This document shows, piece after piece, positions 45,533-53,822 of a DNA stretch of 64,000 nucleotides. Under the pieces are notes generated by a model. The model ran no database searches and was not told the DNA's origin. It worked only from the letters and a program-made list of their open reading frames with translations. A program made the position numbers and the translations under genes. The stretch's first letter is position 1. The number at the start of each line of letters is the position of its first letter. Source of the DNA: an uncultured Christensenella sp. (GTDB lineage Bacteria > Bacillota > Clostridia > Christensenellales > DTU072); contig CAYQKV010000001.1 in NCBI GenBank assembly GCA_964418255.1, positions 150,901-214,900 of the forward strand, written 5' to 3'.

Positions 45533-46394
45533 TATTCTGTACCTGTTCCCTGAATTTTTCCAGCTCGTTTTTCGCCGCGAGCACTTTTTGCGTAATCTCT
45601 ATATCGTTGCTTTTCGAGCCTGTAGTGTTTATTTCTCTGTTAATTTCCTGCACGAGAAAATCGAGTTTTTTTCCGACGTCCCCGCTCTCTTCCATTAAAG
45701 AAAATCCGTGTTTAATGTGCGTCCTCAACCTCGTTATTTCTTCGTCGATATTCGACCTGTCGACAAAACAGGCTACTTCCGTAAGAAATCTGCTTTCGTC
45801 TACTTCTATTCCCCCGAGGTATTCTTCTATACGCGTTTTCAGCTTTTTCGCGTAATTCTCGCTTACTTCGGGCGCGCGGACGGCGATTTCTTCGACGATT
45901 TTGTCGAGGTTTTCCAGCCTGTAAATAAGTTCTTTTTTTAGCGCGGCTCCTTCTTTTTCTCTTGCCGCCACGAGATTGCGGCAGGCTTCTTCCGTCGCTT
46001 CGGCAACCAACCGTTCGGTAAGGCTCTCGTCTTCTTCTGCTTCCGCGTTTATTACGTCTGGCATTCTCATTATCTGAGAAACAGTGACGTCGTCGCTTAT
46101 TCCCAGGCTTCCGAGTTGTTTCGCGGCTTCCACGTATTGTTTTGCAAGCGAAACGTCGACCGAGATACTGCGTTTGTTGTCCCTTTCGTCCGCGTAATTG
46201 ACGAAAACGTCCGCGTGACCGCGGGTGACGTTCTTTTTACAGATTTTTCTGATAGCGTCCTCGCAGAAAAAAACGGTCCTCGGCGATTTGACCGACAAAT
46301 CGAGTTGCTTATGGTTTACGGTTTTTATTTCCACCGTTACCTTTACTTTTTCTCTTTCGGCATACCCTTTGCCGAAACCCGTCATACTGCGCAT
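45525..46394 (-). CDS. yicC: YicC/YloC-family stress-induced endoribonuclease
   Basis: 289 aa. MRSMTGFG N-terminus and a C-terminal DUF1732-like EINREINTTGSKS motif. Confidence 0.9.
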   Translation of the reverse strand: MRSMTGFGKGYAEREKVKVTVEIKTVNHKQLDLSVKSPRTVFFCEDAIRKICKKNVTRGHADVFVNYADERDNKRSISVDVSLAKQYVEAAKQLGSLGISDDVTVSQIMRMPDVINAEAEEDESLTERLVAEATEEACRNLVAAREKEGAALKKELIYRLENLDKIVEEIAVRAPEVSENYAKKLKTRIEEYLGGIEVDESRFLTEVACFVDRSNIDEEITRLRTHIKHGFSLMEESGDVGKKLDFLVQEINREINTTGSKSNDIEITQKVLAAKNELEKFREQVQNIE

Positions 46395-46423
46395 ACGCGC
46401 CCCCTTTGCCGTTTATTTGGATA

Positions 46424-46453
46424 ATTATATCACACCCGAAACCTTTCTGACAA
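46424..46453 (-). promoter_or_regulatory. Sigma-A-type promoter heading the yicC-to-rpe gene string
   Basis: Minus strand TTGTCA-18 nt-TATAAT with a TGn extension. Confidence 0.6.
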
Positions 46454-46475
46454 TTATTTTAATATAAATATTAAA

Positions 46476-46509
46476 TAAAAAAGAGACCGTGTTTTATCCG
46501 TCAGTCTCT
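46476..46509 (-). terminator. Intrinsic terminator after ligA
   Basis: Minus strand AGAGAC-16 nt-GTCTCT followed by TTTTTATTT. Confidence 0.6.
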
Positions 46510-46550
46510 TTCTGTTTTCTTTTTGCTATGGCTTCCTTGGCGATTTTTGT

Positions 46551-48503
46551 TTATTCCGCGCCGTATTCCGTGATTACTTCGATAAAACGCGCTTCGTCCC
46601 AGATTTCTATCCCAGCTTTTTTCGCTTTGTCGAGTTTGCTCCCCGCGTCCTCGCCCGCGATGACGAGATTTACCGATTTCGAAACGCTGTCGCTCGTCTT
46701 CCCTCCGAGATTTTCTATAATCGCCGCCGCGGCGGAACGCTTGTATCTTGTAAGCGAACCGGTGAGCACGACGTTTTTACCGCTGAAAACGCCCTCTTTT
46801 TTCTCTTCCGCCTTGATTTTTACTCCGCGTTCGAACAATTTTGCTATCAAATCGCGGTTTTGTTCGTCGGCAAAAAAGTTCACCACGTTTTCCGCCATTA
46901 TCTCGCCGAAATCGTCGAGAGCGCATAATTTTTCCTTGCTTGCTTTCGCTATTTCTTCGACCGAACCGAACTCGTCGGCAAGTTGTTTCGCCGTCTTTTT
47001 CCCTATCGAGGGTATCCCGAGCGCGAAAATGAACCTGTCTAAGGAAACTTCTTTGCTTTTTTCTATTCCCTCTATAAGATTCTTCGCTTTCTTTTCCAAA
47101 AAACCGTCGAGTTTCAATACGTCGTCCACCGTAAGGTCATACAACTGATACGGGAATTTCACTTCCATTTCGTTATATAATAGTTCTGCGGTTTTTTCGC
47201 TGAAACCTTCGATATTCATACACGATTTTTGGGCGAAATGGTCGAGCGCCGCGACTACCGCAGGCGCGCATTTTTCGGGGTTGGTACAGTATAAAAACGC
47301 TCCCTCTTCTTTTACCGGCGCACCGCAGGCGGGACAATGCGTAGGTTTGGGCACGTCCGTAGAATCGGGCAACAGTAAAGCGAGCCCGGTTATCTCGGGA
47401 ATAACGTCGTTGCTTCTCCTTATAAACACCCGCGAATTTAACTTTACTCCTTTTTTTAGGATATCGGAATAGTTATTTAGGGTCGCCTTTTTAACCGTTA
47501 CCCCCATAAGCTCCACGGGTTCGAGCTCGGCGAGCGGATTGAGCTTTTGCGTGCGTGAAACCTGCCATACCACGTTTTTGAGAAGCGTCGTCGTCTCCTC
47601 CGCTTCGAACTTATACGCAAGCGCCCATCTCGGAAATTTTTCGGTAAAGCCGAGTTCGTCGCGCAGATTCAAATCGTTTACTTTAAGCACCGCTCCGTCG
47701 ATGAGAAAATCGAGATTCGGGCGGTTTCCTTCTATTTTTTTAATCGCATTTTTCGCCTCTTCCGCGCTGTTTACCACGGTGAAAGCGTCGTCGCATAAAA
47801 AGCCGTTTTTTATTAAAAATTCGTGAACTTCTTTTTGTGATGAAAATATGTTTTCCGAGACGTATCCGACGTTGTACGCAACGAAATCGAGGGTTCGTTT
47901 TGCGGTCACTTTCGGGTCGAGATTTCTTATCGCTCCCGCAACGCCGTTCCTTGCGTTTTTAAGGAGTACGCGCGCTTTTTCGTTATATTTTTTCAGCGCG
48001 CTCAGTCTCATAAGTCCCTCGCCCTGAATTTCTATTTCTCCCTTAAAGGGTATCGTAAGAGGCACGCTTCTTATCGTTTTTACCTGCGCCGTAACAAGTT
48101 CTCCCGTCGTTCCGTCCCCTCTCGTCGCCGCTCCGACAAGGCGTCCGTCTTTATATGTTATCGAAAGCGTAAGCCCGTCGAACTTGTGTTCGACCGTCAT
48201 AGTGGGCAGATGCCCGAGCGTTCTTTCCAGCCTTGCGAAATATCCGTCGAGCTCTTCGTCTCCTTTTGCTTTGTCAAGAGAATAAAGTCTGAGTTTATGC
48301 GTATACGGAACGAATTCTTTGAGCGGCGCGCCGCCTACTCTGTGCGTTGGGGAATCGGGAAGCGCTCCGTATTCTCTTTCGAGGTCTACGAGTTCATAAT
48401 ACAGCGCGTCGTACTCCATATCGGATACGGTCGGGTTATCGAGTTCGTAATATTCTCTTGCGTAGCGATTGAGTAAATCCACAAGTTCGCGCATTCTTTC
48501 CAT
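46551..48503 (-). CDS. ligA: NAD-dependent DNA ligase
   Basis: 650 aa. Adenylation motif KFDGL, OB fold, zinc finger CPACG...C, HhH repeats and a C-terminal BRCT domain. Confidence 0.95.
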   Translation of the reverse strand: MERMRELVDLLNRYAREYYELDNPTVSDMEYDALYYELVDLEREYGALPDSPTHRVGGAPLKEFVPYTHKLRLYSLDKAKGDEELDGYFARLERTLGHLPTMTVEHKFDGLTLSITYKDGRLVGAATRGDGTTGELVTAQVKTIRSVPLTIPFKGEIEIQGEGLMRLSALKKYNEKARVLLKNARNGVAGAIRNLDPKVTAKRTLDFVAYNVGYVSENIFSSQKEVHEFLIKNGFLCDDAFTVVNSAEEAKNAIKKIEGNRPNLDFLIDGAVLKVNDLNLRDELGFTEKFPRWALAYKFEAEETTTLLKNVVWQVSRTQKLNPLAELEPVELMGVTVKKATLNNYSDILKKGVKLNSRVFIRRSNDVIPEITGLALLLPDSTDVPKPTHCPACGAPVKEEGAFLYCTNPEKCAPAVVAALDHFAQKSCMNIEGFSEKTAELLYNEMEVKFPYQLYDLTVDDVLKLDGFLEKKAKNLIEGIEKSKEVSLDRFIFALGIPSIGKKTAKQLADEFGSVEEIAKASKEKLCALDDFGEIMAENVVNFFADEQNRDLIAKLFERGVKIKAEEKKEGVFSGKNVVLTGSLTRYKRSAAAAIIENLGGKTSDSVSKSVNLVIAGEDAGSKLDKAKKAGIEIWDEARFIEVITEYGAE

Positions 48504-48520
48504 TTATTCACCTCGGATAA

Positions 48521-50743
48521 TCAACAAAGGGACAGCGGCGCGTTCATAAGAGAAAATTTCTTTATTCCTAAGCCCGGAAAAGCGACGCTTACCGTAGTCG
48601 CCGTGCCGCTTCCGCTCACGTTAATTACGGTTCCTTTGCCGTATTTTTTATGTTCGACCTTAGCTCCGGGTTTATACCCGTCCGCAGACACGTTGTAAAT
48701 TCTCGGTTTAATCTGCACTTCGCTCTTTGCTATCGGCGCGACGGGCTTTTTCGAATAATCGAGATTTTTGGGAACCGCGGTTTCGTATTCGTCGTCGTAT
48801 CCCGACGGAAGACCGTAAATATCGTACTTTCTAACTACGGGTTGCGGAGTTTCCCCTTTGGCTTCGCTGAAAAACCTCGACGGGAACGCCGGTTCGGTTC
48901 TGTTATACTTTCTCCGCACGCCTCTGACCGCGGAAACGTAAAGCCTTTCCTGGGCGCGGGTTAAAGCGACGTACATAACTCTTCGTTCTTCTTCCACTCC
49001 GTTCGCCTCTCTCAGGCTCTGCGACGAAGGAATTATTCCCTCTTCGCACGCAATGATAAATACGACTTTGAATTCCAGTCCTTTCGCCGCGTGCATCGTC
49101 GCGATAACGACCGAATCGTCGTCTTCGTCGTCGGAGGCGTCGGTATTGAGCGCAAGAGTCTGCAAAAATTCATCCAGTCCCATTTCCGATTCTTCGAAAT
49201 TTTCCTGCATATAAGTGAGAAATTCTTCGATATTTTCCCATCTGTTTATATCCTCGTCTTTACCCGTAGAGCGGTAATATCTCTCGAAACCCGCGGTCAT
49301 AACCATTTCGCAGACGAAATCGACAAGGCGCATATTGTTCCTGTCCATCTGCATCTTCCCTATCAAATCGCGGAAAACGGCTACTTTCGACTTCGCCGCG
49401 GGCGTTAAATCGGTATAGTCTATATCCATAACCGCGTCGAAAAGCGTACAGCCTTTATCCGCCGCGTATGAAGCAAGTTTCTGAACCGTCGTATCCCCTA
49501 TCCCTCGCGGGGGAAAGTTTATCGCTCGCATAACCGCGTCCGAATCTTTCTCGTTTACAAGCAGACGCATATAAGCGATAACGTCGAGTATTTCTTTTCT
49601 GTCGAAAAATTTATATCCGCCGTAAACTTTGTAGGCAATGCGGCTTTTTTTCAGATTCGTCTCGTAAAGTCTTGTCAGCGCGTTATTTCTTACAAGTATT
49701 GCAAAATCGCTATTTCTGTATCCATAGCTACGTTTAAGCGTTAAAATTTGCGAGACAACGCGGTCTACCTCTTCGTATTCGGTCGAGCTTATCGCAAATT
49801 CTACTTTTACGCCGTCCTTTTTATCCGTATAGAGAGTTTTTTCCGTTCTGCTTTTATTATTGCTTATAAGTCTGTTCGCGCAATCGAGAATTTGTTGCGT
49901 CGAGCGGTAATTTTGTTCGAGTTTATATATTTTCAAATCGGGAAACGCTCTGTCGAATTCGAGGATATTTTTGACGTCTGCGCCGCGCCATCCGTAAATG
50001 CTCTGGTCGTCGTCCCCGACCACGAAAACGTTTTTCCATTCGGACGCTAAGAGTTTCAGCAAGTTGAACTGTATAGAGTTAGTGTCCTGAAATTCGTCGA
50101 CGTGGATATACATAAATTTTCTGCTGTAATACTTCCTCGCCTCGTCGCACTCGGTCAGAAGTCGATTGCATTTCATAAGCAAATCGTCGAAATCCATCGC
50201 GTTATTTTCCACGAGCGCCTGTTCGTATGCGTCGTAAACTTCGCAAATAAGCATCGCGTCTTTTTCGTACGACCTTATTCTTGCGAAATATTCGTCGGAA
50301 GTAAGCCCGGCGTTTTTGGCTTTTCCGATATGGTACGCGTATTTATCCTTTTCGTTTTCTTCAAGTCTTTTTTCTCTGAGCACGCGTAAAAGAAGTCTTT
50401 TCGACGCGGACTCGTCGTAAATGGTAAAACTCTGCGTATAACCGATTTTCTGCGCATATTTATGTAAAATGCTAACGCAAAGCGAATGGAAAGTAGACAC
50501 CCATACGTCGTTTTCGCCGAGCATACCGTTAAGCCTTTCTTTCATTTCTCTCGTCGCTTTGTTTGTAAAAGTAATCGCGAGAATATTATACGGTTTAACG
50601 TTTTTTTCATCGATTAAATATGCTATTCTGTGGGTAAGAACGCGTGTTTTACCGCTTCCCGCTCCCGCAAAAACAAGAACCGCGCCTTCGGTATCCGTAA
50701 CCGCCTTGCGCTGTTCTGGGTTAAGTTTTTCTAAATCTGTCAT
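48521..50743 (-). CDS. pcrA: ATP-dependent DNA helicase PcrA (UvrD family)
   Basis: 740 aa from the ATG at 50743 (ATGA overlap with the upstream stop). LNPEQRKAV, GAGSGKTRVL and DEFQDTN motifs, plus a C-terminal Tudor-like tail. The 36-codon extension in the ORF track lies inside the upstream gene. Confidence 0.93.
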   Translation of the reverse strand: MTDLEKLNPEQRKAVTDTEGAVLVFAGAGSGKTRVLTHRIAYLIDEKNVKPYNILAITFTNKATREMKERLNGMLGENDVWVSTFHSLCVSILHKYAQKIGYTQSFTIYDESASKRLLLRVLREKRLEENEKDKYAYHIGKAKNAGLTSDEYFARIRSYEKDAMLICEVYDAYEQALVENNAMDFDDLLMKCNRLLTECDEARKYYSRKFMYIHVDEFQDTNSIQFNLLKLLASEWKNVFVVGDDDQSIYGWRGADVKNILEFDRAFPDLKIYKLEQNYRSTQQILDCANRLISNNKSRTEKTLYTDKKDGVKVEFAISSTEYEEVDRVVSQILTLKRSYGYRNSDFAILVRNNALTRLYETNLKKSRIAYKVYGGYKFFDRKEILDVIAYMRLLVNEKDSDAVMRAINFPPRGIGDTTVQKLASYAADKGCTLFDAVMDIDYTDLTPAAKSKVAVFRDLIGKMQMDRNNMRLVDFVCEMVMTAGFERYYRSTGKDEDINRWENIEEFLTYMQENFEESEMGLDEFLQTLALNTDASDDEDDDSVVIATMHAAKGLEFKVVFIIACEEGIIPSSQSLREANGVEEERRVMYVALTRAQERLYVSAVRGVRRKYNRTEPAFPSRFFSEAKGETPQPVVRKYDIYGLPSGYDDEYETAVPKNLDYSKKPVAPIAKSEVQIKPRIYNVSADGYKPGAKVEHKKYGKGTVINVSGSGTATTVSVAFPGLGIKKFSLMNAPLSLC

Positions 50744-51720
50744 ACGTTCACTCCGTCCGGAATAAATAATTTTTTCGCTAATCCTATAGCGTAAGTATCG
50801 CTCATCGACGCGAGATAGTCGCACACGAACGTCGTCACGTCGGTAACGCACTCGGGGTGCGGAACTTCGTCGGGGTGAGTGATAAAGTATTTGAAAAGCA
50901 TATTGAGCATTCTGTCCGCTTTGCGCTGCAAGACTTCGCCGTTGCTGGTAAAATAAACCCTCTCAAACATAAAATCTCTGAGTTTATTCATATAGTATGA
51001 ACCTTCGTCGCTCAAAGAAATTTTATTTTTTTCATAGCTGTGCTCGACTATATCTTTTACGAGCGTGTTAATTCTGTCGCCTTTGGTCTTTCCGAGGTAT
51101 TCCACGCAATCGCGCGGCAAATCCTCTTCGCCTATTACTCCCGCTCTTACCGCGTCGCTTATATCGTGGTTTATGTATGCGATTCTGTCGGCGTATGAAA
51201 CAACCTTTCCTTCGAGAGTACAGGGATTTCCGCTGCTCTTATGTTCGAGTATGCCGTCTCTCACTTCGTAAGTAAGGTTGAGCCCTTTGCCGTCGTTTTC
51301 AAGTAAATCTACTACGCGAAGGCTTTGCTCGTTATGATAAAAATGCCCCGTAAGCGCGTTTAAGACGCGTTCGCCCGCGTGTCCGAAAGGCGTATGTCCG
51401 AGGTCGTGCCCGAGCCCTATCGCTTCGGTCAAATCCTCGTTGAGTAAAAGCGCGCGCGAAATCGTCCTCGCAATCTGCGTAACTTCAAGCGTATGTGTAA
51501 GTCGGGTACGAAAATGGTCGTCGAGCGGGCAAAGAAAAACCTGCGTTTTGTGTTTCAGCCGACGGAACGCCTTACAATGAATTATTCTGTCTCTGTCGCG
51601 CTGGTACTCCGTTCTATACGGACAAGGCTCGATTTCCGTCTGTCTCCCTCGCGTTTCTTCGCTCTTCTGCGCATACGGACTGAGAAATTTCCGTTCATAC
51701 TCTAATTGATGCTCTTTCAT
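50740..51720 (-). CDS. dGTPase-like HD-domain deoxynucleoside triphosphate triphosphohydrolase
   Basis: HD motif (RLTHTLEV...HDLGHTPFGH). I prefer the ATG at 51720 (GGGAGG upstream). An alternative ATG at 51744 lies 8 nt after a TATAAT box. Confidence 0.8.
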   Translation of the reverse strand: MKEHQLEYERKFLSPYAQKSEETRGRQTEIEPCPYRTEYQRDRDRIIHCKAFRRLKHKTQVFLCPLDDHFRTRLTHTLEVTQIARTISRALLLNEDLTEAIGLGHDLGHTPFGHAGERVLNALTGHFYHNEQSLRVVDLLENDGKGLNLTYEVRDGILEHKSSGNPCTLEGKVVSYADRIAYINHDISDAVRAGVIGEEDLPRDCVEYLGKTKGDRINTLVKDIVEHSYEKNKISLSDEGSYYMNKLRDFMFERVYFTSNGEVLQRKADRMLNMLFKYFITHPDEVPHPECVTDVTTFVCDYLASMSDTYAIGLAKKLFIPDGVNV

Positions 51721-51752
51721 TCCGCCTCCCGTCCGCAAATTCATTTTTATTG

Positions 51753-51781
51753 ATTATACCAAATACGCCGTCTTTTTTCAA
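51753..51781 (-). promoter_or_regulatory. Sigma-A-type promoter of the dgt-like/pcrA/ligA unit
   Basis: Minus strand TTGAAA-17 nt-TATAAT. Confidence 0.7.
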
Positions 51782-51788
51782 GCGAATA

Positions 51789-52006
51789 TCACTCTTTAGG
51801 AGTGGATATATCGCGTTGCTTTACGCCCGTAAAAACATATATAAACTAATTCAAAAAGAGCGTTTTTTTTGCCAATATTGCAAATAAGCGGATGAAAATC
51901 ATAGTTTTTATGGGCTTTTCCGTAAGTTTCACCTACCGTACGTCGGTACGGCGACGGTTCACTTACGAAAAAAATCAACGCAATCTCTCCACTCCGTCGC
52001 TCTTTA
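51789..52006 (-). repeat. Copy 2 of the TIR-bounded intergenic element (reverse orientation), including its flanking direct repeats
   Basis: Direct repeats TCACTCTTTA (51789..51798) and TCGCTCTTTA (51997..52006). Ends GGAGTGGATATATCGCG (51799..51815) and CGCAATCTCTCCACTCC (51979..51995). A 79-nt block differs from copy 1 at only 5 positions. Confidence 0.7.
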
Positions 52007-52044
52007 CGCTTTCTCATACTTTTATCTTAAATTGCTTTTAATGT

Positions 52045-52073
52045 AAAAAAGGTTCTCTTTCGAGAACCTTTTT
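52045..52073. terminator. Bidirectional-looking intrinsic terminator after the trpB-like gene
   Basis: AAAAAAGGTTCTC-tttc-GAGAACCTTTTT. Confidence 0.85.
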
Positions 52074-52092
52074 CCTTTATTCGGTAACCCTT

Positions 52093-53484
52093 TTAGTTGT
52101 ATAAACTGTTTTGCGGAATGTCGGGCAACTGAGCGATTGACTTAGCCAAATCTTCGTCGGTGGGGATATAGTCCGTCATCGTTCCGTCGTTAAACGATTT
52201 GTATGCGGTCAGGTCGAAATAACCCGTTCCCGTCAAACCGAAGAGAATAACTTTCTTTTCGCCCGTTTCTTTACATTTCAACGCTTCGTCCATAGCGACC
52301 TTGATAGCGTGCGCGCTTTCCGGCGCGGGGAAAATTCCTTCGCATTTAGTGAATTTTTCCGCAGCTTCGAAGACTTTTGTCTGCTCTACCGAAGTAGCTT
52401 CCATATATCCGTCGTGATAGAGTTTACTGAGTATCGGGCTCATCCCGTGGTATCTAAGTCCACCCGCGTGATTGGAAGAAGGCATAAAGTTACTTCCGAG
52501 GGTGTACATCTTTGCAAGAGGAGTCATTTTGCCCGTATCGCAGAAGTCGTATTTATAAACGCCTCTCGTGAGAGAAGGACAACTTGCGGGTTCTACCGCA
52601 ATGAATTTGTAATCCGCCTCTCCTCTGAGTTTTTCACCCATAAACGGCGCAATCAGACCGCCGAGGTTGCTTCCGCCTCCCGCGCAACCGATTATAATAT
52701 CGGGTTTAACGCCGTATTTATCCAACGCGACTTTGCTTTCGAGACCGATAATGCTCTGATGCAACACGACCTGGTCGAGCACGCTGCCGAGGACGTAACG
52801 GGAATTCGGCACGCTCAGAGCACATTCAACCGCTTCGCTTATCGCGCAACCGAGACTTCCGCCCGTTCCGGGGAATTCTTCGAGAATTTTTCTTCCCACG
52901 TTTGTCGTATTGCTCGGGCTGGGCACCACGTTTGCTCCGTAAGTTCTCATAACCTCTTTTCTGAAAGGTTTCTGCTCGCTGCTCACCTTAACCATAAAGA
53001 CGTCGAGGGGAATTTTGTAGAACGCGCACGCCATAGACAGCGCGGTTCCCCACTGTCCGGCGCCGGTTTCTGTCGTGAGGTGGGTAATTCCCTGTTCTTT
53101 TGCGTAGTAAACCTGCGCTATTGCCGAATTGAGTTTATGCGAACCCGAAGTGTTGTTTCCCTCGAATTTATAATAAATTTCCGCGGGAGTATCGAGTTCT
53201 TTTTCCAACCAATACGCTCTTACGAGTGGCGACGGACGGAACATTTTATAAAAATCTCTGATTCCTTCGGGTATTTCTATATACTGCGTCGTCTGGTCGA
53301 GTTCCTGTTTTATCAATTCGTCGCAGAAAACGGGTCTGAGGTCGTCCGCGGTAGCCGGTTGAAGGGTAGCGGGGTTAAGATAAGGCGCGTGTTTATCTTT
53401 CATATCCGCTCTGAGGTTATACCAACATTTAGGCAATTCCTGTTCCGATAAGTAAATCTTTGTAGGAATGTTCTTCTGTTTCAT
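52093..53484 (-). CDS. trpB: TrpB-like PLP enzyme (tryptophan synthase beta chain, long TrpB2-type form), stand-alone
   Basis: 463 aa. PLP-lysine region GNNTSGSHKLNSA, GAGQWG and GCAGGGSNLGG motifs. The long N-terminal extension is typical of TrpB2. Preceded by a Trp T-box. Confidence 0.85.
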   Translation of the reverse strand: MKQKNIPTKIYLSEQELPKCWYNLRADMKDKHAPYLNPATLQPATADDLRPVFCDELIKQELDQTTQYIEIPEGIRDFYKMFRPSPLVRAYWLEKELDTPAEIYYKFEGNNTSGSHKLNSAIAQVYYAKEQGITHLTTETGAGQWGTALSMACAFYKIPLDVFMVKVSSEQKPFRKEVMRTYGANVVPSPSNTTNVGRKILEEFPGTGGSLGCAISEAVECALSVPNSRYVLGSVLDQVVLHQSIIGLESKVALDKYGVKPDIIIGCAGGGSNLGGLIAPFMGEKLRGEADYKFIAVEPASCPSLTRGVYKYDFCDTGKMTPLAKMYTLGSNFMPSSNHAGGLRYHGMSPILSKLYHDGYMEATSVEQTKVFEAAEKFTKCEGIFPAPESAHAIKVAMDEALKCKETGEKKVILFGLTGTGYFDLTAYKSFNDGTMTDYIPTDEDLAKSIAQLPDIPQNSLYN

Positions 53485-53513
53485 TTTTCTTATTCTCCTT
53501 TTATTTTTTTATG

Positions 53514-53760
53514 AAAAAACGGTGAACTCGCTTTGGGACGAATTCACCGTGTTGCCACCCAATTTCATAACCTGTTAAAGCTACCTCTTTACTCGATACT
53601 ATCATATCGATTCCCTGTTACGTCGGAACCACGTCGGAAACTACTCGAATTCTTTCGCCCCCGCCCTCAATAGTCCATTCGGCATATCTCCGCTATTTCG
53701 TCGCACCAACCCGAAACTCTCTGAAAACCTCGAAACGCTTACTACTCTATCTCAACGGTT
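53514..53760 (-). promoter_or_regulatory. T-box riboswitch leader, specifier UGG (Trp), with terminator/antiterminator
   Basis: Minus strand elements: AGTA, the AGAGA box (CAGAGAGT), distal GGTGCGA, specifier loop GAA-TGG-A (TGG = 53677..53675), the T-box sequence AAATTGGGTGGCAACACGG (53569..53551), and the terminator ACGGTGAATTCG...CGAGTTCACCGT plus TTTTTT (53550..53514). Confidence 0.85.
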
Positions 53761-53775
53761 TATTAAGTTATTTTT

Positions 53776-53804
53776 ATATTAACACCGCAAAATTCCGATG
53801 TCAA
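53776..53804 (-). promoter_or_regulatory. Sigma-A-type promoter of the T-box leader
   Basis: Minus strand TTGACA-17 nt-TAATAT. Confidence 0.7.
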
Positions 53805-53822
53805 ACGATTTTACAAAAAAAA

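Noticed and set aside
50744-50851. N-terminal extensions offered by the ORF track for pcrA (36 codons), gpmI (20), pgk (6), the spo0A-like gene (21), rqcH (28), asd (19, TTG), rsmB (28, TTG) and the DUF512 gene (9, TTG).
   Set aside because: In each case an internal start with a good SD gives the family-typical N-terminus. The extension overlaps an upstream gene or promoter.
51796-52017. 73-aa minus-strand ORF (MRKRKERRSGEIALIFFVSEPSPYRRTVGETYGK...) inside repeat copy 2.
   Set aside because: The homologous stretch in copy 1 has no start codon and terminates earlier. The differences between copies are non-synonymous but base-pair-compensatory. No RBS is present. I treat it as a chance ORF across a structured repeat.
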